DNA from: Eledone cirrhosa
Taxonomy: Eukaryota
Direction: 5' to 3'
Assembly (NCBI GenBank): GCA_964016885.1
Contig: OZ024743.1
Span: 16,244,001-16,308,000 of the forward strand
Length of the DNA: 64,000 nucleotides
The notes under the pieces are model-generated. The model ran no database searches. It saw only the letters and a list, made by a program, of their open reading frames with translations, and was not told the origin of the DNA. Shown one piece after another: positions 43,163 through 55,869 of the stretch; the stretch's first letter is position 1, and every line of letters starts with the position of its first letter. The translations under genes and the position numbers were made by a program.

Positions 43163-45061
43163 GTTATATATATTTATATACATACATACGCACATATATA
43201 TTTATATACTTTCCTGCATTTGTTACCGTTAATTAGAAACTGAAATAAACAAATTAGAAACGTATTCATTCATAAATGATTGCTGTTACTGTTGCTAATT
43301 CATTTGTTCACCGACTTTGTATTAATGTCTTTTTCGTTGCTTTTTCAATCTGCTTTTAATTCTGCATACTTATTATTACCATCATTCTCCCATTATCATG
43401 ATCATTCTCTTTATAATCAGCAGATTCAGCTGCAGCATTATTGCCAAGGGATCATCATTACCATCATGATCATCATCATCGTTATCACCATGATGATCAT
43501 CATCATCCTCATCATCATCATCATCATTATTATTATTAATATTATTATTATCATTATTATTGTTGTTGTTGTTGTTGTTATTATTATTATCATTATTATC
43601 ATTATTTAGTTTTCACATATTTGAGTGAGATGCTAATTATCTGTAGACAATCAGATTAGACTTAGTTAGATAATTGGATCAATATCTTCCTCTCTTGTTA
43701 AATAAGCCACTATCACTTCAACCATAACGATTTAGAACACTAATACCACCAACATCACCATGAACAAATTATAACATCAACTGGAGGACTACAAGAAAAC
43801 AGCAACATACACAACAACAGAAACGGAAACAAAAATAACAACAACAATACCAGAAAAAATAGTATACATTTTGCCAATCGAATGTTAAGCTTTAATTACA
43901 TATACCATTTTTTTTGGCTACCTGGACAGGTGTCTGTAAGCCGATTAGATGAGAAAGTTTGTGAAGAAGTTTACACTATCTCAGAACTGAACTTTGGCAT
44001 TACTTGTACATCAATTAATAACTGAAACCTCTTGATTGCCACAGCTAATTATGTTTTGAAAAATTATTTTATTTTGTTAGCCAGAGAAAACGAAAATGTG
44101 TAATAACCTAAGTGGGTAAAAAAGTTCAAATACTTGTTAATATTCTTGTTATTTTCTACTACTTTATAACTGTTATTGGAGTTGTAGAAAGAAGATTAAA
44201 CTCGTTATGTTTATTTTGGTAATCTCTTCCAGAGATAGGAGTGGTTTCGTGTAAGAACTAATTTCACTCAGCACGTGCTCATCAGACCCACTAGACATAG
44301 CAACCATTAGTTCATACATAACATTTTGAAAATAACCAGTAATCATTGGAAAATGTAGTGTTAGATATACCTACCAAATAACTTATTCCTAGCTTAATCT
44401 GATTACTAGCTAAAGCAACAACATATATTAAACAAGCAACAACATATATTAATCAAGCTAATGAAAGTGTGGGCTTCATTTAGTCATTTCTGTTGCAGTC
44501 ACTTCTTCATCGAATCACACGATACTATAACGAAAAAAAAAGAAAGGGAACATTAGGTCATATAGATTTAGATTATATCGGAATTGAAGTGTTTTATTAT
44601 GATTTTGTTCTATTGAAATTCCCTATGGGATGAGAAAAACTATGCTTCAAAATGAAGCCAAAAAGGACCACAACGAGTTTACTAAATATAGGAAATATTG
44701 ATTACCTTTTTAATAAAAGAAAGCCACATTAGACAGTGTAGTCCCAGGTATAATATATGTGAAGAGACAGGATGATCATAGAAGGAATGATTTTACTCAT
44801 AGTGTTTCCTGCAGTATTAGACTGCACTTAGAAATTAACAACAAAAAGATTTATTAGTTATGCAGTGTTCTTTGCTGTTAACACGGTTATATAGACGATT
44901 ATTTTGTATAGATAGAATGGGGAGCAGTTCTTATATATCGGAATCTATTTAAATATGTACCTAATGATATATTTTATACATTCATATATGCAAATTTATA
45001 TATACACACATATGTATATACAAATATATGTATGCCTGAGCGTATAGACACGCACACAAAA

Positions 45062-45116
45062 TGTTGCATTGACGAGCTGCGGAAATAAACCCACGGCGAA
45101 ACGCACGTAATCACAG
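45062..45116 (+). ncRNA. Degenerate hammerhead motif
   Basis: tTGACGA-GCTGCGG(aaataaac)CCACGGC-GAAA-CGCACG-TA; first core C mutated and stem I weak. Confidence 0.55.
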
Positions 45117-45168
45117 ATGCATAGTTTGTTTGTGAATGTAGCTAAAATATTATATATATATATATATA

Positions 45169-45365
45169 TATTTTATAGAAGGAGCTTCTACAGGACTAGT
45201 ACTGTTTCATTCAGATGAAATCTTCAGGAAGCTTCCTGAAGATTTCATCTGAATGAAACAGTACTAGTCCTGTAGAAGCTCCTTCTATAAAATAAAAAAA
45301 TTTACTCTTCCATGTATTGAGTACCTTACTTACTGTGGTTATCCCCGACTCAACCCGGGACCTAC

Positions 45366-45367
<2 letters not shown>
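45169..45367 (+). mobile_element. Short PLE-type terminus with a perfect 126-bp palindrome (45169-45294) carrying two complete hammerheads
   Basis: On + (45230-45280): AGCTTC-CTGAAGA-T-TTC(atct)GAA-T-GAAA-CAG(tactagtc)CTG-TA-GAAGCT. The same motif lies on - at 45183-45233. Flanked by (TA)n. Confidence 0.8.
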
Positions 45368-45439
<72 letters not shown>

Positions 45440-45440
<1 letters not shown>

Positions 45441-45880
45441 GATACATCTACCAAAATATACGGTAGTGTCCAATCCGTATGAAGAACTCAATGTAATCCA
45501 AAGATCATGATAAGAGAAGATGTATTCAAAAATGTTTTCGATGAAAAAATTACCGGAAAACAGAGTCAAGATAAATTAATAAAAACAATGAATAAAAACA
45601 AAGAAATAGTTCCTTATATTAAACAATTCATCATTTTACGATCGTTTCTAGGATATATATGTGTATGTTGGTATGTATATCATATAGATCATTGTTTCTG
45701 AAGACATCATATATATGTGTAGGTATGTATATTTCCTCTGATAGTTTGTAAAATTTTTACAGAGATCTATATGATATACATACCAACACACACATATATA
45801 TCCTAGAAACGATCGTAAAATGATTAATTTTTTAATATAAGGAACTGTTTCTTTGTTTTTATTCATTGTTTTTATTAATC
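45440..45880. mobile_element. Short PLE-type terminus with inverted arms (45575-45690 and 45764-45879) and an extended-stem-II hammerhead (45688-45824, +)
   Basis: ATCATTGTTT-CTGAAGA-[long hairpin of about 100 nt]-GAAA-CGATCG-TA-AAATGAT. Confidence 0.7.
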
Positions 45881-45900
45881 TATATATATATATATATATT

Positions 45901-46385
45901 TACGAAATACACTTTGAGACTTTTATCAGAGAGAAATTTGTTTACCTCAAATCAACACAAAACTCTAGTCTCCCTCAAAGTAGGATCCTCCAACTTCAAT
46001 GCACTTGTTGGAGCGCTCTAGCCACTTCTGGAAGGCTCTATTGTAGTCTCCCAAAATGAAGGTGTCCATGGCGCTTGGCATAGCCTCCTTCAACCCCTCC
46101 ACATCCTTGAAGCGGATACACCTGAGCTTCTCCTTCAGCTTCGGGGACATAAAGAAGTATCAAGGGGCTAAGTCTTGACTGTAGGGGTGGGGGTGTGGGT
46201 GGAGAAAAGTATTGATCCCCATATCCGGCAAGTAGTTGGTAACCATGGTGGATTTGTGACATGGGGGATTGTCCTTGTGTAGGTGCCATTGACCAGACTT
46301 TAAGAGTTCTGATCTCTTGCGACGAAATCTCTTTCTGAACTCCTTCAAAACCTCTACATATCTGTGCATCATAAATTGCATATGT
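45901..46385 (-). mobile_element. Tc1/mariner transposase 3' fragment (mariner-like)
   Basis: WHLHKDNPPCH (HDNA..H), HPYSQDLAP (YSPDLAP), FQKWLERSNKCIEVGGSYFEG; ends at TA. Confidence 0.9.
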
Positions 46386-46915
46386 TAAGGACATGCCCGA
46401 GTGTGCGCTGCATGCAAACGGTGTCCCATATATATAGTGCTGGTATGAGTTTATATGTATGTTTTGATTATAACACACCTGTCGTAGTATTGCAAATTTG
46501 ATATATTTGCTTTCTCGTCTGACTCAACCCGTTAGTTGTGTTGGTTGTCTAGCGGCTAGACCGATGTTTTGTCCAATACATTAACAACGGAATGAACATT
46601 CTACGTATACATTGAGCCCTAACATGGGCACTCAACGTGATAAGAATCCCGGCACTGTTACAACTATTTCCAGCTACGTGGCCTGGGGCAAAGGGAGCCA
46701 AACAGCCTGTCCACTAAGCCCATATCTTCACACAGACAGACACAGACACACATATATACAGACATACAGACAGACCGACACACACCCACACGCATATATA
46801 TATAGTTGAGCCAACTTATGCAGCTTCATATGCAAATGAGTCTAATCACCTCATTTTCTCGGACGAGAAACTATATGTTCTCGTCTGTTCTCCAGTTGCA
46901 AGTGATGGGAGGGAC

Positions 46916-46955
46916 CGTCCTGAGGAAGACCAGTCAAGTTTGAAATACATAGACG
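46916..46955 (+). ncRNA. Minimal hammerhead ribozyme motif within an approximately 270-bp non-coding insert (46806-47075)
   Basis: CGTC-CTGAGGA-AGAC(cagtcaa)GTTT-GAAA-TACA-TA-GACG. Confidence 0.7.
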
Positions 46956-47080
46956 ATTGTCTCCTTTGCTTCTGCTGGACACCACCAGAGGACGTTAGCC
47001 CAATGTTTGCATAGCTAGAGCTTCGTAAAACGTAAAAAATTTCTATACAGCAAAGCCTGATGCTAAAACCTATTCCCACC

Positions 47081-47121
<41 letters not shown>

Positions 47122-47697
47122 CTTAGAAACATATACAGGTGTAACGTAGACATTCTGAGTAGAACAATGTTTTCTTTGATGTTCTCTGGGGGTACGATCC
47201 GACTTATAAATAAAAAAAAACAAAAATGTAAAATAGATGATATCGTACTTTTTGCAATTTTGCCAGGATTTAACGAAAACATATCTTCCATAATATTTAC
47301 TTATATTTCTCTCATTCTTTGCTATATTGATAACTGAAAACTAGAAAATAATTTTGCAAGTTCTTAAAAGAAACGTCTGTACTACATAGATGATACATTG
47401 AAAGAAACTATATAATGTTATTGGCTTACACTTGCTCAGAGAAAAGATACGATCTTTTTGTTTTATGTACACACAATTAAGAACATTATATGGCGTTAAT
47501 GTGACTCATATTCACACAACCGGAGACATTATATGACGTTACTGTAATTCTTAACTGATATAAGCACGCGATAGGAAGTATATAACCGTTTTGGTTCATA
47601 TACACGCTCCTAGATGAATGTATATAAGTATTGGTTTATATTTACCCAGTGATAAATGTAATGTACACTTATTACAGAAACACTCATACATAATCTA

Positions 47698-47798
47698 TAA
47701 TAATTGTTTCTACTTTTGGCACAAGGCCAGCAATTACCCAGTACATTACTGGTACTTTATTTTATCAACCCCGTAAGGATGAAAGGCAAAGTTGACCT
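47698..47798 (-). mobile_element. 5'-truncated SINE adjacent to a short (CTATAATAATATCTACATAAT)-type tandem repeat
   Basis: Nearly identical to 42303-42400. Confidence 0.8.
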
Positions 47799-50700
47799 AT
47801 AATAATATCTACATAATAATATAATCTATAATAATATCTACATATAATCTATAATAATATCTACATAGAAATCGTTAGCAAGGGAACTCTATTATTAACC
47901 GTTATATTTTTAATGCATTTACCACGTCAGACATTTGTTGAACTAAAAATAACTTGTTGAACCTACCACGTGATCGCTCTATCTTCAAGAAAGTAAAGCC
48001 GATTTTTCCTCAATCAATATATTACTCTCTTCAAAATGATAAAATATAGAGGATGAGCTAATATAGAATTTAATATACCAAAAAATAAAGACGGTTTGGT
48101 CATAACTAGAATGCAGATGAAAATATAATTTCCCAAAACAAATATTCCTAATCATCGGAAAAAATTAACCTCTGTAAAAAGTTTTTTCTAAAATCCCGAC
48201 TACGGCAAATTACTTGCAAGTTGTTCAACATACTCATCATTGCTACTAAATAACATTTACGAATATCTCTGTAAAATAACGACATAATTAATAACACTGA
48301 TAACAATACAAAACGACAAACGCAAGATGTAACTTTATTTCCATTCTCAACACCATCAAAACCACAAAAAGAAAACAGGAACACGAAATTAACTTGTGAA
48401 AATACTCCTTTTAAAGCTTGACAATCGGGAAATGTAAAACTGAAAGATTCAATGTCAGGCAAAATCACAGATATACATATAAATTACATTGGTTCTGAGT
48501 GGATCAGAGCCCTCGCTAATACTGAGAATTACTAGTACATTTGAGATATTCTAACTATAAGAATCTAAACACCTTCAAAATCGAAAATGAAATACCGCCT
48601 TATCCAACAGCCTTCAATAAATGTAGTCGAAGTATTGCTTTATCAAAAAAGACAATGTAGATTAGAGCGAAGATGACCCAGTTATGTATTACTTGTGTAT
48701 TGATGTCTTTGAAAAGAAGATTTAACTGCATTCAAAACCTTTTCTAGGTATATTTGAATTCGTGTATAAGCTGGATTAGCTCCGTGTACAGTCCGCACTT
48801 TAAAGCTAACATCTGTTCATAGATTAAAACTTTGCTTACGTATGCAATATATTGAATTACCTTTGGTTTGACAGGATAACTGATTTATTTTCAATTCTTT
48901 TTTTTTTAGCATATGAATTATCATTCGTTTCTCCTGTATGGTTTTAAGATTATTCTATATCTACTTTCAGCAAAACTAAGAGAAAATTTAGAAATTCAAA
49001 AAGTTTATTTTCTTTTATACTTTCATAATGTTATTCTAGAGATGTTCTACTCTGCTTTTAATAGTGACGTGCTCTCTTAATCTCCTGGGATATTTCAAGT
49101 TTTTCAGAATATTTCAACAACAATTTGATTTGTTTCCTTGTTGCTGTTTCCCGTTTTCTATATCTCTAAAGGCAATCTTTACTAGCTGATATAATTGTGC
49201 ATTTGTTCCATGAAATGTTAAACAGAAACGTCAATATTTCCACTTTATCTAGTTTAATATATACATTCGTCTCATATATGAAATAATTCCAAGCAGTATT
49301 AGTTATGCGTATCTAATTTAGAAGAGTTTCTCGTGATCTCAAACTTCATGGGAAATCTGTTAAAAAGAATCCATTTTTATGTGATTGGCTTTCATTTCGA
49401 CTTTCATTTCCGTCATATATATATATATATATATATATATATGGGTATCGTTTCTCGAATCAACACAGTCACTAAATGTTTAATTCTACATATAGGAATG
49501 TTGTACAACAGACTAGTTAATGAAACTCTTCAAAGCACCCCCGATTCCTCTACTAGATATGGCATCAGTGTCTGCAAAGTATACTAGAATTTTCAAAGTT
49601 TGAACTAAATGCATCAAGGTTTTATATTAAGCTCTGAATTGCACATGACGGAAACTATCAAGTCGAATACCTAATCTTTTTCTAATAAGATTTTCGTAAG
49701 TCATAAAATTAGTAACTTGAGTCTTACAAATAAATTAAATAAACGAACATTATCGGTATTAGGTTTTAAAATGATGGTCTAGTTACTTCGGTAAGCTTGG
49801 TTGAAATTTAGAAGAGCAGAATGCTTGTAGGTTGAGAGAACAGAACACATGCGAAATTTATACATGGACCACAAAATACATACATGGAGACAGAATTATA
49901 TTTAATATCGAGATGGTATTCCAGGTCCTGCGTACATCTTGGTGATTTAAGTTTGTCTCTGTAATTGACTAGGTGTATGTGCATATATTTATTTGCGTAC
50001 GTTTACCTTTATTCACTAGCGGGTTGTCTATATAAATATCCAACTCAGAACTCCTAACTGATATAGGCAGAGATTAATTCGGTGGCATAACCCGCCCTTC
50101 AGTTCAGTAGTTTCTATACGCAGAGTCAGATGTTTCTTTAGATTACCCAAGAAAAATTATCGACGCAGCATATATATTATCAAGTGTTTAACTGTTCTAC
50201 ACAACCGTCCCTAGTTTTGATTGGAAATGCGCTTACTCAAATATCTGGAATATGCATAACTATACGTAAAGTAGTTTTAATAGCCCCTGAAAATATGAAG
50301 CAGTTATCGTTAGATGCCAAACCAAGAAATTTGTATATTATTGCTGCATCAAAACAGATTCCATTCATATACCTATACTTTCTAATTCCTAGAGAAATCA
50401 AACCACACATTTCTAGTCACGTTTATGTCGGTATAAAAGAAGAATATACAACCATTCCGGTTGAGCCGGAAAACTTCAAGGCTATTGAAATCATATTTCG
50501 ACACTTTGAGACCTGTGTGTAGCAGAATAATTGGATATTTGTTATCTATTTGGCACCACTCTCTCAATAAAGAGTGCCCGTTCTGAGCACTCTTCCACTT
50601 GTATTAACAGGATGGTTTCAACATACAGTAGTTGAAGAAAGCTAATGAATTACTCAGACCTCTAAGATGTATGCGTTCATGACTCCACTGTCCTTTACCT

Positions 50701-51759
50701 AACTGATTCTATATATATTCTATCATTCTCTGAATAATTTTGAATTCTGTACCTCCATTTGAATACTCTTTCTATACTAGTGAAGACATTAATCAGTAAT
50801 TCATGTACGTCCATATATATATCGACTGAGAGTACATTGGCTCTAATAAATAATTCCTATAATTGAAGGTACGTCTTATGCCAACATCCTTGAATATAAA
50901 CACTTACAACAAAACAACATTCTGTTCATCATACCTATCCACATAGAAATCAAATAATTATTCTGCAGACTGCGAAGCAAAGAACGATTTCCTCGCTGGA
51001 ATAATTATGTATATTTCAGAGACGCTAATCAGTTTCATGGTACTTGCGCAGTGTAATAAAAAGTGTGTTTCCTCATAATTGCCTAAAGCCACAAGGCAGC
51101 TTAGTAAAGTGCATTGGAAGTTGTTCTTCTGGAAACTGGCATTTTATTATTTTTTTACAAAATTAACGAGTTCCGTTTCAAAACGTTTCGCTGCTTAGTT
51201 AGACTGTTGTAATTTTGTGTTGTAACTCTGAACTTATTATCTGCAACGATTCCGCAATTCAAAACCAGAAATGATAGATATGGGCTAAAGGATTGATGGA
51301 GCAAAATAATATTGAACATGTAAAATAATAAAAATCCATAAATGCATGTAAAAGATGCACTGGCTTGTCTGTTATTAAAACGTTTCGAATAGAGCACGCT
51401 TTTGATTAAGTTGCAAGCAAAGATCAAGAAACGAGTTTTAATATTCATATAAAAGTAATATTCAAAGGAATACACACATACATATACACATACTCACATG
51501 GACACACATTAAAACAGGCATTGATACACGCACTCACACACGATGGAACCATCGGACGAAAAAGTGAAAAATATTGCTTGTGGTATTGGACAGACACAGC
51601 GAACATGACATTTATCCACACAAATGTTACAAATTATATTTGCAAGTGAATCGATCACAAGCAAAATATATTAACTATGTAAATTAAGGTATCTGTTTAC
51701 AAATAAACGCGCAGATATATATATCTATACGAATAAACGTTGATATTGATTAGGCTGCC

Positions 51760-51884
51760 TTCTTCTTCTTCTTCTTCTTCTTCTTCTTCTTCTTCTTCTT
51801 CTTCTTCTTCTTCTTCTTTATTCTTCTTCTTCTTCTTCTTCTTCTTCTTCTTCTTCTTCTTCTTCTTCTTCTTCTTCTTCTTCA
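51760..51884. repeat. (TTC)n microsatellite directly 5' of a Tx1-like copy
   Basis: Directly visible. Confidence 0.95.
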
Positions 51885-51886
51885 AC

Positions 51887-53944
51887 GCCCATAACTCTGC
51901 TAAACACAGACTTCAAGATTTTGGCTAGGGTGCTAGCAAAGAGGTTGGCGGTTGTCGTTGGTGGTCTGGTGGGAGAGGCGCAAACATGCGCAATTCCAGA
52001 CAGATCCATCAACGACAATCTCCACCGTATGCGATACATCGTAGAGAGGGTAGTTAGGGAACCTGGCATGGGTGGGTCTTTGATCAATTTAGATCAGTCA
52101 AAAGCTTTCGATAGGGTCGACCATCGTTATCTGGCAGCAGTCCTAAGAGCAGCTGGCTTTGTGCCTGTCTTTAAAGGTTGGATTGCTGCCATGCACAGCG
52201 ACATCTGCTCTGTGGTGAGAGTGAACGGTCACATTTCGGAACAGTTCAACATCATGCGCTCGATCCGCCAAGGATGTCATCTCTAGTCCTTGTACGTATT
52301 GACTCTTGAGCCATTACTGGACAAACTGGAGACGTTGAAGGGGATCCCACGTGAACTAGGATGCGGAGGAACAGTGTCAGCTTATGCAGACGACATCACC
52401 GTAGTGGTGTCGAACAGCAAACACATCGAGGCAATCGGCACCATACTAAGAGAATACGAGGTAGTGACAGGAGCAATGATCAACCAGGAAAAATCAGTAG
52501 GCCTGCAACTCGGCACCTGGAGAGGCAAGTCAATTCCGCCCAACAGCGTCGTCGGGCACTGGTCGGACGGACCGGTTAAATTGCTATGGGTCTGATTCGG
52601 TCCAGACCTCCAAGCAGACAAACACTGGGAGGAGGTCACGAGCAAGGTGTTTTCTCTCACCCAGAAATGGGCCGAGAGGAAGCTATCCCTGAAAGGTCGA
52701 GCGGAGGTGGCGAATGCGTACATCGCGTCCGTCATCATCTACCACCTGACCGTCGTGCCTTGTCCTAAGCCTCGCCTGACTGCACTGGAGCGTTTGCTCA
52801 CTTTTTGTGGAAGGGACGTTCACCGATGGTCAGGCGGTCCTTCTACTGTCAACACTCGCTCACTGGGCATGCCGTGGCTGATGATGCGCAGCAGACAAGC
52901 GCTCAGGCTACGCCATCTCCACCTCTTCCGCGACGGTGATCAGGTGTGGTCGCCCTTTGCTAGACGCATGTTTACCCAGCTTGTCTCTTTGGCGCAGCTG
53001 CAGTCCTGGGTCAAGCGGAGACTGAGAGGAAGCGCTTGGAGACTAGAATGTCTTCAGGCTTTCTATAGAGGATTAGTGGAAGGAAAGAGCGACGAAGTCC
53101 TTGGGGAGACTCTAGGCGTCGAGGAAAACCAACTAGCCAATCTCTTCGGGAGAACTTTCGTGTCGGGGCGCAGGGAAAACTTCCAGAAATCCCCGGTCTG
53201 GCAGTGCTACCAGGGAGCCTTGCCAGTTCGGGATAGACTCTACAGGCATGGAAGTGCCGTCAGCCGAGCCTGTCCGAGATGCGCACAGGGCGATGAAACC
53301 GACCTGCACGTACTCGTCCAGTGTCCGAGCAATGCTGATTGGTGGGTTTATGCCGAACACCTGCTGTCACGTGTAGGACGGATCCGGCTATCAGCTGAGT
53401 CCATCGTGAAGATTGCCCCAGCGCCTTCCTTTAGCCGAGAAGGGCAAGCAGTTTTTAATCTGCCTGGTGGCCATGGTAAAAGTGATTGTATGGTGGACAC
53501 GTCTGAAAGGGTTGAGGACCGGTACCTTCCTCTTAGCTGACGGCCTCATTAACTTTTACGGGTTTCACCTGAAGAGGATAATCAGGGTGGAGAGGGAAGT
53601 GCTGTCCCCCAGCCAGTTTGTTGAAATGTGGGTGAGAGAGGCAGGAATGGCCCGTGTTAATGGGTCTATCCTGAGTGAGTGGCTGTAGCATTGTAGGAGG
53701 AAAACTGGAAGAGTGCATTTGACCTAGCGGTCAGGCTAACCGCAGCTTTTCTTGTGGGCTTTCTCCACGAGCAAGCCTCGGAGGTCTCCCCTATTGGGAA
53801 TTTTTCATTGTTTCCATTTATCACACTTTTCTTTGTTTGTTTTTACACGCAGAAATTCCCATTTGTATTGTCATGTGTTGTCCTTAATGTTATACTTTGT
53901 GTCAACCCTTGTGGTTAATAAAGAAATCATTATTATTATTATTA
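51887..53944 (+). mobile_element. 5'-truncated Tx1-like LINE (RT to 3' tail), disrupted
   Basis: Begins at RPITLLN; LDQSKAFDRV, YADD and CCHC present; AATAAAGAAATC(ATT)n end. Confidence 0.95.
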
Positions 53945-53945
53945 C

Positions 53946-54664
53946 AGTTTCATTTATCTTGCTTTATGTTCATACGAATTATCACTAAGTCACAACCAGT
54001 GACCTCAAGAGACAACAAGGTCCTCCATGTTCAAGAAAGAAAATACATACACACATATGCATCTTTAGGGGTTTAGACTTGTGATGTACTTATATTGACA
54101 TCATTTTCCTTAGTATATGGGCAGTTCCCATTAGTACTAACTTTTGTATTTCTCCTATACGCAGGTTCCCTGGGATTTGCGATAAGTAATCATTAGACCC
54201 CTTATGTATCATTCCTAGAGCGCCTACAACCACTGGTATTTTTTTTAGTTCTCAATTTCCAATTTCTATCTCCAGGTCCTTATACTTGTTCAATTTTTCA
54301 AAAGTTTTTAGAAATACATTCTTGTCTATTGGAATGGACATATCAATTAGCAGGCATACCCTCTTTTTAAAGTCCTTCAATATTATATCAGGTCTATTTG
54401 CATCTATTTTTCGGTCTGTTTGGATGCTAATGTTCCACCAGATAGAGATGTGATCTTTTTCAAGTATGGGAGGTGATTTAAGCTCCCACCAATTCTTTTG
54501 ATGGGACAGGTCAAAATGCTTACACATTATCCAATGTATGTATTGTGCAGCTCTGTTATGCCTGTTTAGGTATTCGGTTGGAGCTATATGACTGCACATT
54601 GAAATTATATGGTCAATGGTCTCTGGTTGTTTTTTACATACACGGCATAATGGGCTGCATCCAT
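53946..54664 (-). mobile_element. R4/Dong-like non-LTR retrotransposon 3' fragment (CCHC plus restriction-like endonuclease), subfamily B
   Basis: CRVCKKQPETIDHIISMC, RHN, RPDIIL...LIDMSIP, K..KYKDL, then QKLVLMGTAHILRK. Clade assignment is inferred. Confidence 0.85.
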
Positions 54665-54953
54665 TCTCTCTGAGAACGTCGTCGCACTTCCCCTCCACTA
54701 TCCTCTATAGAACGCCGAGGTGGATGTTCCACCGATACTGGTGACCAGCTAGCAGAGGGCAGTGAGCGCCTGGAGACATTCCAGTTTCCAAGCGCTATCC
54801 CTCGGTCTTTTTCTGACCCAGGACTGCAGCTCGGTCAAGGAGACGAGCTGAGGGAAAACATGTCTGGCGAACGGCGACTACACCTGTTCACCGTCAAGGA
54901 AGCACCAAAGCTGTCGCAGCCTCAGAGAATGTTTGCGCATCATCAGCCATGGC
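54665..54953 (-). mobile_element. Internal Tx1-like ORF2 fragment fused 5' of the Dong-like fragment
   Basis: Near-identical to about 62146-62434 in reverse complement. Confidence 0.9.
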
Positions 54954-54968
54954 ATTATTATTATTATT

Positions 54969-55635
54969 CAGTCATTGATGTTAGTTAACTGGAAAGTTTG
55001 TTGAGATGAATATCAAGCCACTACCTGCAGCCTCAGATATTCAGGACGTATCGGAGGGTTCTTGCTGTTCCCAGCAAGCATGCCTTTTGAAGCGTTCCAA
55101 AAAGCGTGAAGGGGCCAATATTCTTTAACCATCCCTGGAAACTTTTTGAGATAGTCCCTAGTGCGCCTATGACAATCGGGATCACTTTGACTTCATGGCA
55201 GTTCCAAATCCTTTTTACCTCCCACTTTAAGTCCTGGTATCGGTTAATGTTCTCCTTCTCCTCCTCTTGCACTCTCGTGTCGAATGGGCAGGCCACATCC
55301 ACAATCAGACACGATCTTTTTTCTTTGTCCAGAACCACCAGGTCAGGTCTATTGTGTTCCAGTTTCTTGTCCGTCTGTATCCTAAAATCCCACAGCACCT
55401 TCACCTGATCGTTTTCTATCACCGCCTCTGGCTTATGCTCATACCACTTCTCAGAATGTGGTAAATTGTTTACTTTGCATAGGTACCAGTGGATCACCCT
55501 GCCCATCACATCATGTCTCCAGACTTTATAGTGAGTCTGGGCTAGATGTTTACACTCGGATACAATGTGAGCCACAGTCTCCTCTCTCTCTCCACAGATC
55601 CTGCACAGTGGGCTAGCCTCCTCCCTGTAAATGTG

Positions 55636-55636
<1 letters not shown>
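54969..55636 (-). mobile_element. R4/Dong-like non-LTR retrotransposon 3' fragment, subfamily A (ORF 55033-55575 uninterrupted)
   Basis: CRICGEREETVAHIVSEC, RHD, RPDLVV...IVDVACP, YQDL, QKACLLGTARTLR; (ATT)n on both sides. Confidence 0.88.
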
Positions 55637-55698
<62 letters not shown>

Positions 55699-55699
55699 G

Positions 55700-55869
55700 T
55701 TGTTGATATTCCTTGAATCTCAGTCATTGATGTTGGTTAACTGGAAAGTCCGTTGGATTGAATATCAAGCCACTACCTGCAGCCTCAGATATTCAGGACG
55801 TATCGGAGGGTTCTTGCTGTTCCAAGCAAGCATGCCTTTTGAAGCGTTCCAAAAAGCGTGAAGGGGCCG
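55700..55869 (-). mobile_element. Second, very short 3' fragment of Dong-like subfamily A
   Basis: Near-identical to 54969-55117; (ATT)n on both sides. Confidence 0.88.

Noticed and set aside
47798-47870. Short direct repeats as a CRISPR-like array (also the duplication at 22262-22398)
   Set aside because: Simple tandem duplications without unique spacers, in eukaryotic context.
48148-48468. 106-aa minus-strand ORF with a hydrophobic stretch
   Set aside because: No recognisable domain or splice context; its length is compatible with chance.
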